Source of the DNA: Candidatus Doudnabacteria bacterium
GTDB taxonomy: Bacteria; Patescibacteriota; Doudnabacteria; UBA920
NCBI GenBank assembly: GCA_963837465.1
Contig: CAWINB010000001.1
Span: 629,646 to 693,645, forward strand
Length of the DNA: 64,000 nt
Reading direction: 5' to 3'
The notes under the pieces were generated by a model, which saw only the letters and a program-made list of their open reading frames with translations, made no database searches and was not told the origin of the DNA. Numbering within the stretch: the first letter of the stretch is position 1; each line of letters starts with the position of its first letter. Both the position numbers and the translations under genes were made by a program. Below are positions 51,348-60,792 of this stretch, piece after piece.

Positions 51348-52244
51348 ATGAGTTTCAACAACCCAGGTGTTAAATTAACCCCAAGAGTCGCAGGCTCTAA
51401 CTATCCCCTAAAGCTTAATCAGTCCGCTTTGGACATCTTAAGCTTAGTGTTTGAATTTAAACTTGCCGCCGCCTGGCACGTCTCGAGGTTTTTAACCCAA
51501 GAAAACCAAAACAAGTATGTCTATCTCAAACTCCGGCGGATGTGGCAGGCGGGCTATTTGGAAAGTTTTAAAGTCCATTCAGAATCCCTCCTTGGCTTTC
51601 CCGTCTACTACATGCTTTCCAAAAAAGGCTTAAGCATTTTAGCGGAGCACGGTCTTTATTCCCCCGGTCAACTCTCTAGTTATCCCTCCCCCAAAACTTT
51701 GTTTTCCCCACACCTGTTTAAACACGAAAGCCAAGTGGTGGAATTGGCCAGTTTGGAAGCCCAAAACCAGACTAAGGATTTAGATATCAAATTTAAAGGA
51801 GAACTAAGTTCACAAGGACAAAACATCCTAAGCGACAAGACTGTTGAAGCCTTAACTCCTGACTACACCGTTACATATATATCCGGCCAAACAGAACATA
51901 AAGTTTTTACCGAGTTTGAACGAACAGCAAAATCTAAAATGGCTCAAACTCGGAAGGTTGAAAGATACTTAAACTTTTTGGACTTTGAGCAGAGGCAGAC
52001 TGTAACCTTAAGGATAATTTTTCAGACATCTGGTATGGAGCAATCATTTTGGCTTAATGCTTTAACTAACCTGTCTAGGCTTTCCAGCTTAAGGATTGTT
52101 ACCACTAATCTTTCGTTACTAGACACCTCTAACCAGTTCCTTAAACCAATTTATAGTTCAGAGCAAACAGTAAAAATGGGAAGATTTGACGGGCGACTGA
52201 CTGTTAATACATCCGAGCGGATAAGGCTGTTTGAGTTTTTATGA
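51348..52244 (+). CDS. Replication-relaxation family (Replic_Relax/MOB_L-like) relaxase
   Basis: wHTH-like N-terminus, YMLSKKG, HLFKHE, TPDY...FTEFERTAK...KVERY; directly follows the coupling protein. Confidence 0.65.
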   Translation: MSFNNPGVKLTPRVAGSNYPLKLNQSALDILSLVFEFKLAAAWHVSRFLTQENQNKYVYLKLRRMWQAGYLESFKVHSESLLGFPVYYMLSKKGLSILAEHGLYSPGQLSSYPSPKTLFSPHLFKHESQVVELASLEAQNQTKDLDIKFKGELSSQGQNILSDKTVEALTPDYTVTYISGQTEHKVFTEFERTAKSKMAQTRKVERYLNFLDFEQRQTVTLRIIFQTSGMEQSFWLNALTNLSRLSSLRIVTTNLSLLDTSNQFLKPIYSSEQTVKMGRFDGRLTVNTSERIRLFEFL

Positions 52245-52326
52245 GCTCAAAATTTTTGCCAGTAAATTTATTCATAGCCTGTAATGGACAAAAGAATGTA
52301 GTTCAACTAATTTTGCAGAAGTAATT

Positions 52327-53337
52327 TTATATACCCCTCTCTCCTAAAATATAAAATGTATTTAAAACTTCTTCTTTAATTTTGTGTGTATTGCCGTGTT
52401 TCAACATTCCTAAATAGGACTGCATTGTTTCGTTTGTGGGATGACCTTTCAAACGATTAAACATTCTTTTGCGGCTAGTTGTTCTCAAGACCTTATGTTT
52501 TGGGAAAACTATCCAACCTAAAAAATCAACTCCCGAAGATAATGTTTTTATAAAAACCTTATCTGGATGTAAGGCAAGTTTAAGTTCTGTATTTAAAAAA
52601 TCAGATATTTTTGGCAATAGGCCAAGTAAACAATTTTTACTTTGAGACAAAAAAACAAAATCATCGGCGTAACGGATATAATGCCGGATTTTGAGCTTGT
52701 GTTTTACAAACTGGTCAAACTCGTTCATATAAATATTACAAAATAACTGTGAGGTTAAATTGCCCAGCGGGAGTCCTTTTTTAGGTTCAACAAAATTAAA
52801 ACTATTTATTACATTTTGTAAAAGCCAAAGTACATTTTTGTCTGGAATATAACTTGTTATAATTCCCTGTAATTTAAAATGATCAATACTAGCAAAAAAC
52901 TTTCGTATATCACACTTAAGCACCCAAGCCGTTTTTGTATGATTTTTACTTACCTGTAAAGCAAAACTTTCAAACCTCTTAATTGCTTTATGCGTTCCTT
53001 TACAAACACGGCACGAATAGGAATCAGCGATAAAAGTTCTGTCAAAAAAAGGATACAGCTTTCGGTAAATAGCATGGTGTAAAACCCTATCCCTTACTTG
53101 GGCTTTATGAATATTACGCGGCTTGGGGTCTGTGATATTAAACGCTTTGTAATCCCCATGAATGTAACTAAAATTGGCAAGATCGCTCTGAAGCTGTAAA
53201 ATGTTATCAGCTAGACTCAAGCTAAACTCCTGAACATCTTTCTTATTTTTCTTACCAAATACAAACTCTTGCCACGCGGCAAATAAATTTTCGCGTGAAA
53301 TTACTTCCTCGTAGCTGGTTTTCAATTGAATTTTCAT
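52327..53337 (-). CDS. DGR reverse transcriptase
   Basis: KPRNIH, VRDRVLHHA, SCRVCKGTH, KCDIRKFF, GLPLGNLTSQ, YIRYADDF, DFLG; adjacent to TR/VR and avd. Confidence 0.95.
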   Translation of the reverse strand: MKIQLKTSYEEVISRENLFAAWQEFVFGKKNKKDVQEFSLSLADNILQLQSDLANFSYIHGDYKAFNITDPKPRNIHKAQVRDRVLHHAIYRKLYPFFDRTFIADSYSCRVCKGTHKAIKRFESFALQVSKNHTKTAWVLKCDIRKFFASIDHFKLQGIITSYIPDKNVLWLLQNVINSFNFVEPKKGLPLGNLTSQLFCNIYMNEFDQFVKHKLKIRHYIRYADDFVFLSQSKNCLLGLLPKISDFLNTELKLALHPDKVFIKTLSSGVDFLGWIVFPKHKVLRTTSRKRMFNRLKGHPTNETMQSYLGMLKHGNTHKIKEEVLNTFYILGERGI

Positions 53338-53396
53338 AATTAAGACATAAAAATGGCATTTAATTCACCCCCCCCCCCAACGCGAATTTTGGCAAT

Positions 53397-53744
53397 TTGC
53401 CAGTTTTACAAAAAATAACAAACGGTTACAAGCTTTGGCATAATTATTTACCACATCTTCCAAAACTGGTTAAGTATTCTTTGGCTGAAAAAATAAATAC
53501 TTTGTTTACAGATATTATTGAACTGATACTAACAGCCGGTTTTGCCGCTAAAGAGCATAAATCTGTTTTAGTGCAAAAGGCTAGCATTAAACTGGATACA
53601 CTCAAATATTTTTTACAATTAGCTTGGGAACTTAAAGCACTAGACAATAAACAGTTTTCTGCTATTTCCACGCCTTTAGTTGAAGTCGGTAAAATGCTTG
53701 GAGGATGGCAAAAGCAATTATTAAAAGAAACTCCTCCCAGATAG
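53397..53744 (+). CDS. avd: Accessory variability determinant (bAvd-like four-helix bundle)
   Basis: LPVLQK...LPKLVKYSLAEKI...KLDTLKYFLQLAWEL...EVGKMLGGW; upstream ATG 53353 is out of frame across a C11 tract. Confidence 0.88.
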   Translation: MPVLQKITNGYKLWHNYLPHLPKLVKYSLAEKINTLFTDIIELILTAGFAAKEHKSVLVQKASIKLDTLKYFLQLAWELKALDNKQFSAISTPLVEVGKMLGGWQKQLLKETPPR

Positions 53745-53763
53745 GAGGAGTAAGAAGACAGTA

Positions 53764-53891
53764 GCGGGGAACAACGAACCGATCGTTGCGATTGTAGTTG
53801 TTGTCGACCCAATTGAAGTTGAGCACCCAACGCTGCGACTTCTCGTTCCAATTGAAGTAGGCAACGTTGCGGTTACGGTTGTCATCGAGCA
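53764..53891 (-). ncRNA. DGR template repeat (TR)
   Basis: 128-bp ungapped match to 54246-54373; AAC-rich on the minus strand; all differences at TR adenines. Confidence 0.95.
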
Positions 53892-54115
53892 AAATTATGC
53901 AAAACATCTTCTTATCCACCACCCCTTGAATACTCTTGGGGTTGTATTTTATTTGGGGCTATTAGCCCGCCAATACTTTGCACCGAGTATCTTCTTTTTA
54001 GATTTGCTAAAAAATACTCTACCGGAAACCGTGGCCGCCGATACTCTGATTTTTTAGCAATTCGCGATGTGGTTACCTGAAGCCATGACCGCAGGCACAA
54101 ATCCCATCTGTTTGG

Positions 54116-54124
54116 AGTATATCA
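54116..54124 (-). promoter_or_regulatory. Candidate extended -10 promoter (TGnTATACT) for the TR RNA
   Basis: Minus-strand TGATATACT just past the target-gene terminator, ~225 nt upstream of TR. Confidence 0.4.
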
Positions 54125-54140
54125 AATTTTTCAATTTTTG

Positions 54141-54181
54141 AAAAAAAACGCCCGCATTTTGACCGAAGTCAAAATGCGGGC
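54141..54181 (-). terminator. Hairpin downstream of VR (intrinsic terminator and/or DGR target-recognition stem-loop)
   Basis: 14-bp perfect stem GCCCGCATTTTGAC/GTCAAAATGCGGGC, TTCG loop on the minus strand, followed by a T-run. Confidence 0.8.
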
Positions 54182-54224
54182 AATGCGAAGCGCCAAGGAA
54201 CCAAAACCCAAAAGAGCAAAGGGT

Positions 54225-54884
54225 TCAAGCGGCCAAGGGCAACTCGCGGGGAACAACGAACCGATCGCGGCGATTGTAGTAGCGGTCGACCCAAGGGAAG
54301 GAGAGCACCCAACGCCGCGACCGCTCGTGCCAATTGAAGTAGGCAACGCGGCGGCTACGGCTGACATCGAGCACCTCGGTAAGCGGCATAATAAAATAAT
54401 GCTTGCCGCGCGACTCGACCGGGAAGATTTCTTTCCCTTCCTCCTGCGCCTTCAACAGCGCAAAAGCGTAGCCGAGACTACCAATCGCTTTCATCTCGAT
54501 GGACCGCTGCAGCATGACTTCACCGCTGATGTAGTCGCCGTCACCATCCCGCAAAGGGCAGATGTAGTCGACATTGGCTAACTCGACGTCACCTTCCAGA
54601 CGGTCTTTACGGACGCCATCCTTGGTGACGTAAACCGAATAGCCGTTTGGCATCAGGCCGGTATCTTCAGCCCGAACGGGGGTGACGATGCCGCGAACCT
54701 TGTTGGCGTATTTCCTGATTACGGCTGCGATGTCGTCTTCCAAGCCCGTGCCTGGAAAACCCAATGCGGCTTGAAAGTGTTCTTCGGTAGTGCCTGACTT
54801 GCGAGCCGAGGCACGGAGACGTTCTTCGAGTTTACCTACTTGATTGTTGGATGGGGTAGATGGTGTGGTGGTCATCAGCGTCAT
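54225..54884 (-). CDS. DGR target protein with C-terminal variable region (CLec-like fold inferred)
   Basis: AGGAGG ribosome-binding site; C-terminus RRVAYFNWHERSRRWVLSFPWVDRYYNRRDRFVVPR is the VR. Confidence 0.9.
   Translation of the reverse strand: MTLMTTTPSTPSNNQVGKLEERLRASARKSGTTEEHFQAALGFPGTGLEDDIAAVIRKYANKVRGIVTPVRAEDTGLMPNGYSVYVTKDGVRKDRLEGDVELANVDYICPLRDGDGDYISGEVMLQRSIEMKAIGSLGYAFALLKAQEEGKEIFPVESRGKHYFIMPLTEVLDVSRSRRVAYFNWHERSRRWVLSFPWVDRYYNRRDRFVVPRELPLAA
54246..54373 (-). repeat. DGR variable repeat (VR)
   Basis: 18 mismatches to TR, all A-to-N (7 A>G, 8 A>C, 3 A>T). Confidence 0.95.
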
Positions 54885-55003
54885 CCTCCTTATTCAATTT
54901 AGATTCAGTTCGCCGAAGCGAATCTGGGGTCAGCTTTCGCCTTAGCTTTAAATCCAAAAACTGTATTTTTTGGACAAATAGATAAGGCTAAAATTAACTT
55001 TTT

Positions 55004-55032
55004 ATTGTACACTATTTTATTACTTATGTCAA
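55004..55032 (-). promoter_or_regulatory. Sigma70 promoter of the DGR target gene
   Basis: TTGACA-17 bp-TACAAT on the minus strand. Confidence 0.65.
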
Positions 55033-55163
55033 GTTTAGCTTAATTGAGGGAAAATTTCCCTAAGTTAGCTCTTGGAGCTTTCCAATTGGCTAGTTCTTCT
55101 CGGTCTTGTTCTCCTGGGTTCATAAATTTATAGTTTCTGCCTAAGAGGCATTAGAGTTTAATT

Positions 55164-55658
55164 TTAGCGTTCGGCTAAATTTAAAGTAGCACCAAGAGTA
55201 TTAAGTTTTTGTTTTTCAACAGGACTTAATACTTGGTTAATGGCTTTATATAGGTCTGCTTCTAGTATAGTGCGTAGTGCAAGTTTTTCTCCATCCGTTC
55301 CAGGACTGTTTTTAATAAATTCTTGAAAATTTCTTGAATTCCTATTAATCTCTTCCACTGCATGTTGTAGATTATCATTATTTGTAGATGGACTATTGAG
55401 CTCGGTTCTAATTTGTTCCAATAAGCCGTTCAAGCTAAAGTGTATGAAATTGTCTACATCTTTTTTAAAATTTTCGGGAGAGGATGCCTGCACTTCATGT
55501 TGGCTTTTTTCTTGTTGTAATTTAACATCATGCTCGTGTGTTTGATATCCCACAATACCTAAAGCTGCAACACCACCTAACGCGGCGGCCTTACCAAGCT
55601 TGCCCGCACTTTTTTTTATATCTGGCTCCTCCGAAAAACCTCTATTTTCTCTTCCCAT
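55164..55658 (-). CDS. Hypothetical single-TM protein
   Basis: 164-aa ORF with AAALGGVAALGIVGY helix. Confidence 0.6.
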   Translation of the reverse strand: MGRENRGFSEEPDIKKSAGKLGKAAALGGVAALGIVGYQTHEHDVKLQQEKSQHEVQASSPENFKKDVDNFIHFSLNGLLEQIRTELNSPSTNNDNLQHAVEEINRNSRNFQEFIKNSPGTDGEKLALRTILEADLYKAINQVLSPVEKQKLNTLGATLNLAER

Positions 55659-56017
55659 AAAAAAATTTTATTTCTCCCAAAATGGGGATTATATTTTTAA
55701 ACAACGGCTTGATTAAGCCATCTCCGTTTCAACCACTGTGCACTGGAAGTGCACAGACTGCTCGCCGACTGGAAGTCGAGAACAGCGGAGGAATTATCTA
55801 TTAATTTTTACTGAAGTGACCGCCTGAAGGCGTGGGAACTCACCGCCCCAAATGGAGGCCTTAGATTAATTATATACCAATGGTAATTTAAAGCAATTCA
55901 AATAAGCACAATGTTGTCAGTTTCGTGGGCATGCCATATACCATCTACAGGCGGCTAAATTAACCGACTATAGATGACGGCGCAGAAAACAAAGTTCTCT
56001 GCGCCTACTCCAGACCC

Positions 56018-56251
56018 TCATCTTATCATGTGTCGAAATTCCCACAAATGCAACAAGAGGTCACCGGCAACGATAGCCCAAAAGAAGGCCTTGCGAGCTT
56101 TCCTTTTTGGGGATTCGTTCTGCACTCGTTTGAACATCTCTCGCGCGAACTGATAAGCTTCCTGTTCCCTTGAACGGTAGTCAGCTAATTCTGCCTCCGT
56201 CGCCTCTCTTAATTCATACTGCCTGAACCCGACTTGGACTGGTATTTTCAT
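56018..56251 (-). CDS. Small hypothetical protein
   Basis: AAGGAGGAG ribosome-binding site before ATG; followed by hairpins. Confidence 0.55.
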   Translation of the reverse strand: MKIPVQVGFRQYELREATEAELADYRSREQEAYQFAREMFKRVQNESPKRKARKAFFWAIVAGDLLLHLWEFRHMIR

Positions 56252-56347
56252 AACTCCTCCTTCTCCCTACCTCAAAAAATAAAATTTATTTGTTAAGGTA
56301 GAGGTGCAAGAGTCGGTTAAGAATCTTGCACATCCGCATACATGGCC

Positions 56348-56701
56348 CTATACGGCGGGCGAGAACATCTTAGCAACGGCCAGGGCTATCTTGATGCCTT
56401 CTTGAAGGCTGTAGCCCCAGTGGTCATTAACCCATCCTCCGCCGAACCGGGGGGTAAACCGGTCGTAGAACATGGAATACAACTGCATCTCTTGGCTGCC
56501 CTTTCTCAACTTGACTGTAGCACCGCCCCCGTGTCGAGGCCTGACATCACATTCAACTACCAGTCCCGCGGCCTCAAACTCGGGCACTTTTTCCGCAATC
56601 ATCTCCAGGTGCTTGCGAAAGGCTCGTACTGCTTGGCCGCCGCAGTCGTCATCGTACCTAAGCTCACTAGCTGCTTTTAGAAGTTGTTCTTGTGCGTTCA
56701 T
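56348..56701 (-). CDS. Hypothetical protein
   Basis: AAGGGGG ribosome-binding site; followed by a hairpin and the 39-bp motif. Confidence 0.55.
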   Translation of the reverse strand: MNAQEQLLKAASELRYDDDCGGQAVRAFRKHLEMIAEKVPEFEAAGLVVECDVRPRHGGGATVKLRKGSQEMQLYSMFYDRFTPRFGGGWVNDHWGYSLQEGIKIALAVAKMFSPAV

Positions 56702-56903
56702 AAATCCCCCTTAAGTGGTCCGCTATTGCAAACAGTTGCTTCCCATTTGATTGGGACTTGCTGGCAGTTATCCAAATTACTGCCTAGCATTCGCTGTTTA
56801 CACGGAATGATTTTAGGGTTTGAAACCCTACTTTAATAAACAAATATTATTTACTAAGGTAGGGGCGGAAGATCAACAAAGAGCGTTGTTCTTCCGCGCC
56901 AGT

Positions 56904-57428
56904 TCACTTGCCGAACAGAAAGACGTTCACAAACTGGTCGAAGTGATTTTGTTCTCTTCGATAGCTCCGTTCGTCTTTTTTGACCGTGCTGATTTGGTAA
57001 GGGATGTCTTTGCGCACTTCTTGACGGAAGTCATCTGCGTTGCCGGATTCGATCAACTGGCAGGAGTCCCATTTTTTGAACACATAGCCTTCCAGCTCGC
57101 CACGGCAACGTTGTATGGACTGGAACTCGCCTGTATTTGAGACGGACCAGAAAGTCAGTTCGGAATAGAGAGAGTTGAAAAAAATTACCACGACCCCCTC
57201 ACGGATTATTTTGTCACCAACGGCAACTTTCGGCTCGAAGTCCTTCACGTAAAGAATACTGGCCTTTGAACCGCTGTCCTTGCCGGTGTCCGCGTTCTTG
57301 AAGTAGATATCGACGCTCTGCTTATCGCCAAGCAGCTTTTGCAAATTTTGCGTAAAGCTACTCCGTTCCGGCGCCTGGGCCATTGCGGCGATGGTGGTGA
57401 AAACGAAAATACTAAGCAAGCTCTTCAT
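56904..57428 (-). CDS. Secreted hypothetical protein
   Basis: AAGGAGG ribosome-binding site then MKSLLSIFVFTTIAAMAQ signal peptide. Confidence 0.6.
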   Translation of the reverse strand: MKSLLSIFVFTTIAAMAQAPERSSFTQNLQKLLGDKQSVDIYFKNADTGKDSGSKASILYVKDFEPKVAVGDKIIREGVVVIFFNSLYSELTFWSVSNTGEFQSIQRCRGELEGYVFKKWDSCQLIESGNADDFRQEVRKDIPYQISTVKKDERSYRREQNHFDQFVNVFLFGK

Positions 57429-57663
57429 TTTATTGCCCTCCTTGGGCTTTGGGGGATAAAGTTGCCTCCGGTTCCGAATCCCTGGGTTCGGGGAGGTGCT
57501 ACAATCTATTGTAACTAGCAATTATCACATAAAATTATATTACTGTCAATAATAAGAACTTATTAAATATCATAAAAAACCTATTAATAAAGCTCAAAAT
57601 GGTATTATAGAATTGTTTGTCCAAATACTGGACAAAAATATAATTAGGGTGTATAATGGTTAT

Positions 57664-58404
57664 ATGGATTTAAAACAGGTTTTATCAAACATTGGGTTAG
57701 ATGAAAAAGAAACAGCCACTTATATGGCTGTTTTGGAGTTAGGGACAAGCAGTGTTTATTCTATTGCTAAAAAGGCAGAGTTAAAAAGGCCAACAGTTTA
57801 CAGACTATTAGATCAATTAGGTCAAAAAGGTTTAGTAACTATTGTGCCCAGAGTAAAAAAACAGCTTTACACAGCCAATTCGCCGGAACATATAGTTAGC
57901 GAACTACAGCGCAAAGCTGAGGTGATGAAAAATTACTTGCCACAATTTTTGGCCATTTTTAATTCCAAAAAAGACAAGCCCCAAGTGCAGTTATTTGAGG
58001 GCAAAGAGGCAGTAAGGCAAGTTTATCAAAAATGCATTTCTCTTAATAAAGTTTGGTTTTTTGGCAGCGTCAGCGAAATGTTTGATACGGAAGAATTTAA
58101 GCTGTTTTTAAAAAGGGTTAAGGCTGGTGAGTTAAAAGCCCGTGATTTATTTGTTAGCTCAGAAAAAGACCTAGGGTTCGCGCGATCCCAAAAGCCCCAG
58201 GCTAATTATGAAATAAAATTTTTGCCAGAACAAACAGAAAATCCCATAACAGACTTTGCGGTGTTTGGCGATAACTTAGTTTTTTTCTCTTTTCGTCCTA
58301 CAAAATTTGCTGTATTAATCACCAGCAAAGAAGTCGCTGGCACTTTCCGATTGCTCTATGAATCAGCTTGGAGTGGTGCAAAAAATGTCGGCCATATGAA
58401 ATAA
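57664..58404 (+). CDS. TrmB-family HTH transcriptional regulator
   Basis: IGLDEKETATYMAVLELG...IAKKAELKRPTVY..L..L.QKGLV; PQVQLFEGKE. Confidence 0.85.
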   Translation: MDLKQVLSNIGLDEKETATYMAVLELGTSSVYSIAKKAELKRPTVYRLLDQLGQKGLVTIVPRVKKQLYTANSPEHIVSELQRKAEVMKNYLPQFLAIFNSKKDKPQVQLFEGKEAVRQVYQKCISLNKVWFFGSVSEMFDTEEFKLFLKRVKAGELKARDLFVSSEKDLGFARSQKPQANYEIKFLPEQTENPITDFAVFGDNLVFFSFRPTKFAVLITSKEVAGTFRLLYESAWSGAKNVGHMK

Positions 58405-58564
58405 AACGACTAGCTTAATGTTATGGAACTAATTGAGAAGGTAGAGCAAACTTAAAGTTTGTTAAAATCGTGACCAATTATCTAACGCATGGGGTAGGGA
58501 TTGCTGGTTTGTTGTCCCCTCCCCTTTTATACCTATATGTTACTAAAACAGATTAGGCATAAAT

Positions 58565-60560
58565 TTAATCTCCTGTATTTCTTAAATGCAAAGGCACTTC
58601 CTGCTCTTTTTTATGTCTTTCTCCGTAAGCCGTTGTTGCTGGTTTTAAATCACCTAAAGCTGTTAGCTCGTGGGCTATATTGCCAGACCAAAGCGCTCCG
58701 CTTATATGAGGCTTGGTGGTCTTGCTATAAGAAGATGCTAAATCACTAACCTGTCTTAGCGTCCTGTTCATCACCGATTTATAAGCTTCTTTTAATTCTT
58801 TGGTTCGGGAAAGTTTGGTAATAAATTTACCAAATTCTTCCGCATTAAAAGGCTGCGCAGAAGCGGTTAACTCTTGGAATTTCAAAATTGATTGGAGCCA
58901 CGGTTTTTTATAAGCCCCCTGCTGGTCTTCGTAAATTAAACCTTTTAGCATTTCATATCCTTGCCTCTCCAACCATGCAATCGCTAAAATCATATTCGGC
59001 TCAATACCAACTTCCTTTTCCTGCATCATTTTTTCCAATTTCCCATTTACAATATCCATAGCAAGCCGCAAGGCTTCGGCTGGCACCAAATTTTCGCCGT
59101 TTGCAACCTCAGCCAAAGCCTTATTAAGTTCAGCGTCTGACGTAGCTGGCGGAGCCTCCTCAACCATCTTTGTATTTTCTTCAAGTCTTTTTAATATATC
59201 AATAACTTTTTCTTGTTTTTGTTCCCCATCCACCAAAGTCTTTACCTCTTTATCATAATTGGCTAAATCGTATATTAGAGCTTGTCTTTCTGCGGGAGCC
59301 AAATAGCCTTCCGTCTTAGGTAACAATGTAGGGAGTTCGCCCTTGTCGTGGGTTTCATTGTATTTAATCATTGCCTGGACAACTTCCCTAACCAATGGCC
59401 TTTGGTCGTGGACAAAATCACGAAAAGCTCCGAATGTGCCAGCCAAAGCCAAAGCATTCTTTTCTATTTTGCTCCAGTTTGGCAACATTACTTGTCGGCA
59501 CTTCCCGCAAAGCCATTAAAAGTTCATTTATATTTTTTGGGTTGACGTCGACTGCATATGAATGCACGGTAAAATCTGCAATTCCAAAATCACCTCTTTT
59601 CATACCCCATACATTACTCGGCTTTTGTAATACTTCAACTTGAGGGTCTTGTTTATCTATTGCCGGTAGTAATTTATTTTCAAAACCCACAGTAGATTGT
59701 TCAGTCAGTGGGTGGAGTCTTCCATAACTTCTTATCACACGCAAATATGTTGTTGCTGTTTCTGGATTTTTATCAAAGCAGTCTTTAAAAAGCTGAAAGT
59801 ATATTTGCGCTTGTTCTGGGTTGTGTGAGTCACAGGCTAAATGAAAAAATGAATTCTGAAATTCTTTAACAAAATTTTGATTGTCTGGAGCATTTTTTAA
59901 TTCAGCAGGTAAGTCCTCTAAAAATTGCTTGATTTCTTTATAAGTTGCGAACTGAGCTGCGATTTCTTTTTGGTCTCTTTCGGGCGGCTTGGGACTTCTG
60001 TTCCGACCGCTCATCTCGTTAATAAAAGTATTAAACTCTACAACTTTCCTTCTTTTAGAATCCGCATCTTCCTGACTATCGATAGCGGGTTTCCATTCAT
60101 CAAATAACTGCCTATAAAATTTTAGCTTTTCTATGGAGTCGGAAGTGGCTGTAATAGCCTCAATTCGATATCTTCTGCTATCAAGACGATTTTGATCAGG
60201 CTCAAAGGCGGCTATATCCTTTTCAAAGGACATGGTTTCAGCAACATACGAAGCCATCTCTTGTTCCGGAACATTTGCTTTTACAAAATTTGCAACAATC
60301 AGGTCTTTTGTCCAGCCATAGTTAAACTTTGCGTTCCCCGCCATTTGTTTTTGCTCATCAGTAAGGTTATCAACCGTAACGCCTTCTTGTTCCGCAACGG
60401 CCGTTAAAAAATCATCGTCAGAATAATCAGATATATACTCACTGACTAATTTATGAACTTGCTCGGTTTTGATTCTTTCCTTTTCTTCCCTTTGGATTTC
60501 TTCAGGACTCTTAGGCATTACCACCTCAGGAGAGTTATCTATCGAATCTTCAAACGCCAT
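58565..60560 (-). pseudogene. Large hypothetical protein, probably one gene split by a +1 frameshift near 59458
   Basis: ORFs 59418-60560 and 58565-59488 overlap; removing one A gives KLEQNRKDALALAGT. Confidence 0.55.
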
Positions 60561-60792
60561 ATTATTTGCATTAAATAATTTTATAGCTTAATAATAACAA
60601 AAAAACCCCTCAATTACGAGCGGGGCGGTTTGCAGTAGGGAGATTGTAGCCCAAATGTGCGCGGATTGGGCGGGTGGGGCAAGCACATTTTCTTCAATTA
60701 ATTCTCTTGTAATGCACCCCTGTTTTTGAGCCAATCCACAACCCTGCCTTTTTCTGATTTCTGCCTGTTTTTTGTCCCTGTTTCTTGTTTTC

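Noticed and set aside
52327-53337. RT as group II intron maturase, retron or CRISPR-associated RT
   Set aside because: It is short, has the GNLTSQ motif, lacks X/En domains, and has an adjacent TR/VR pair and Avd, all pointing to a DGR.
53662-53922. 86-aa ORF over TR as a second DGR target gene
   Set aside because: It is the open frame expected from an AAC-rich TR and runs antisense into avd; treated as non-coding template.
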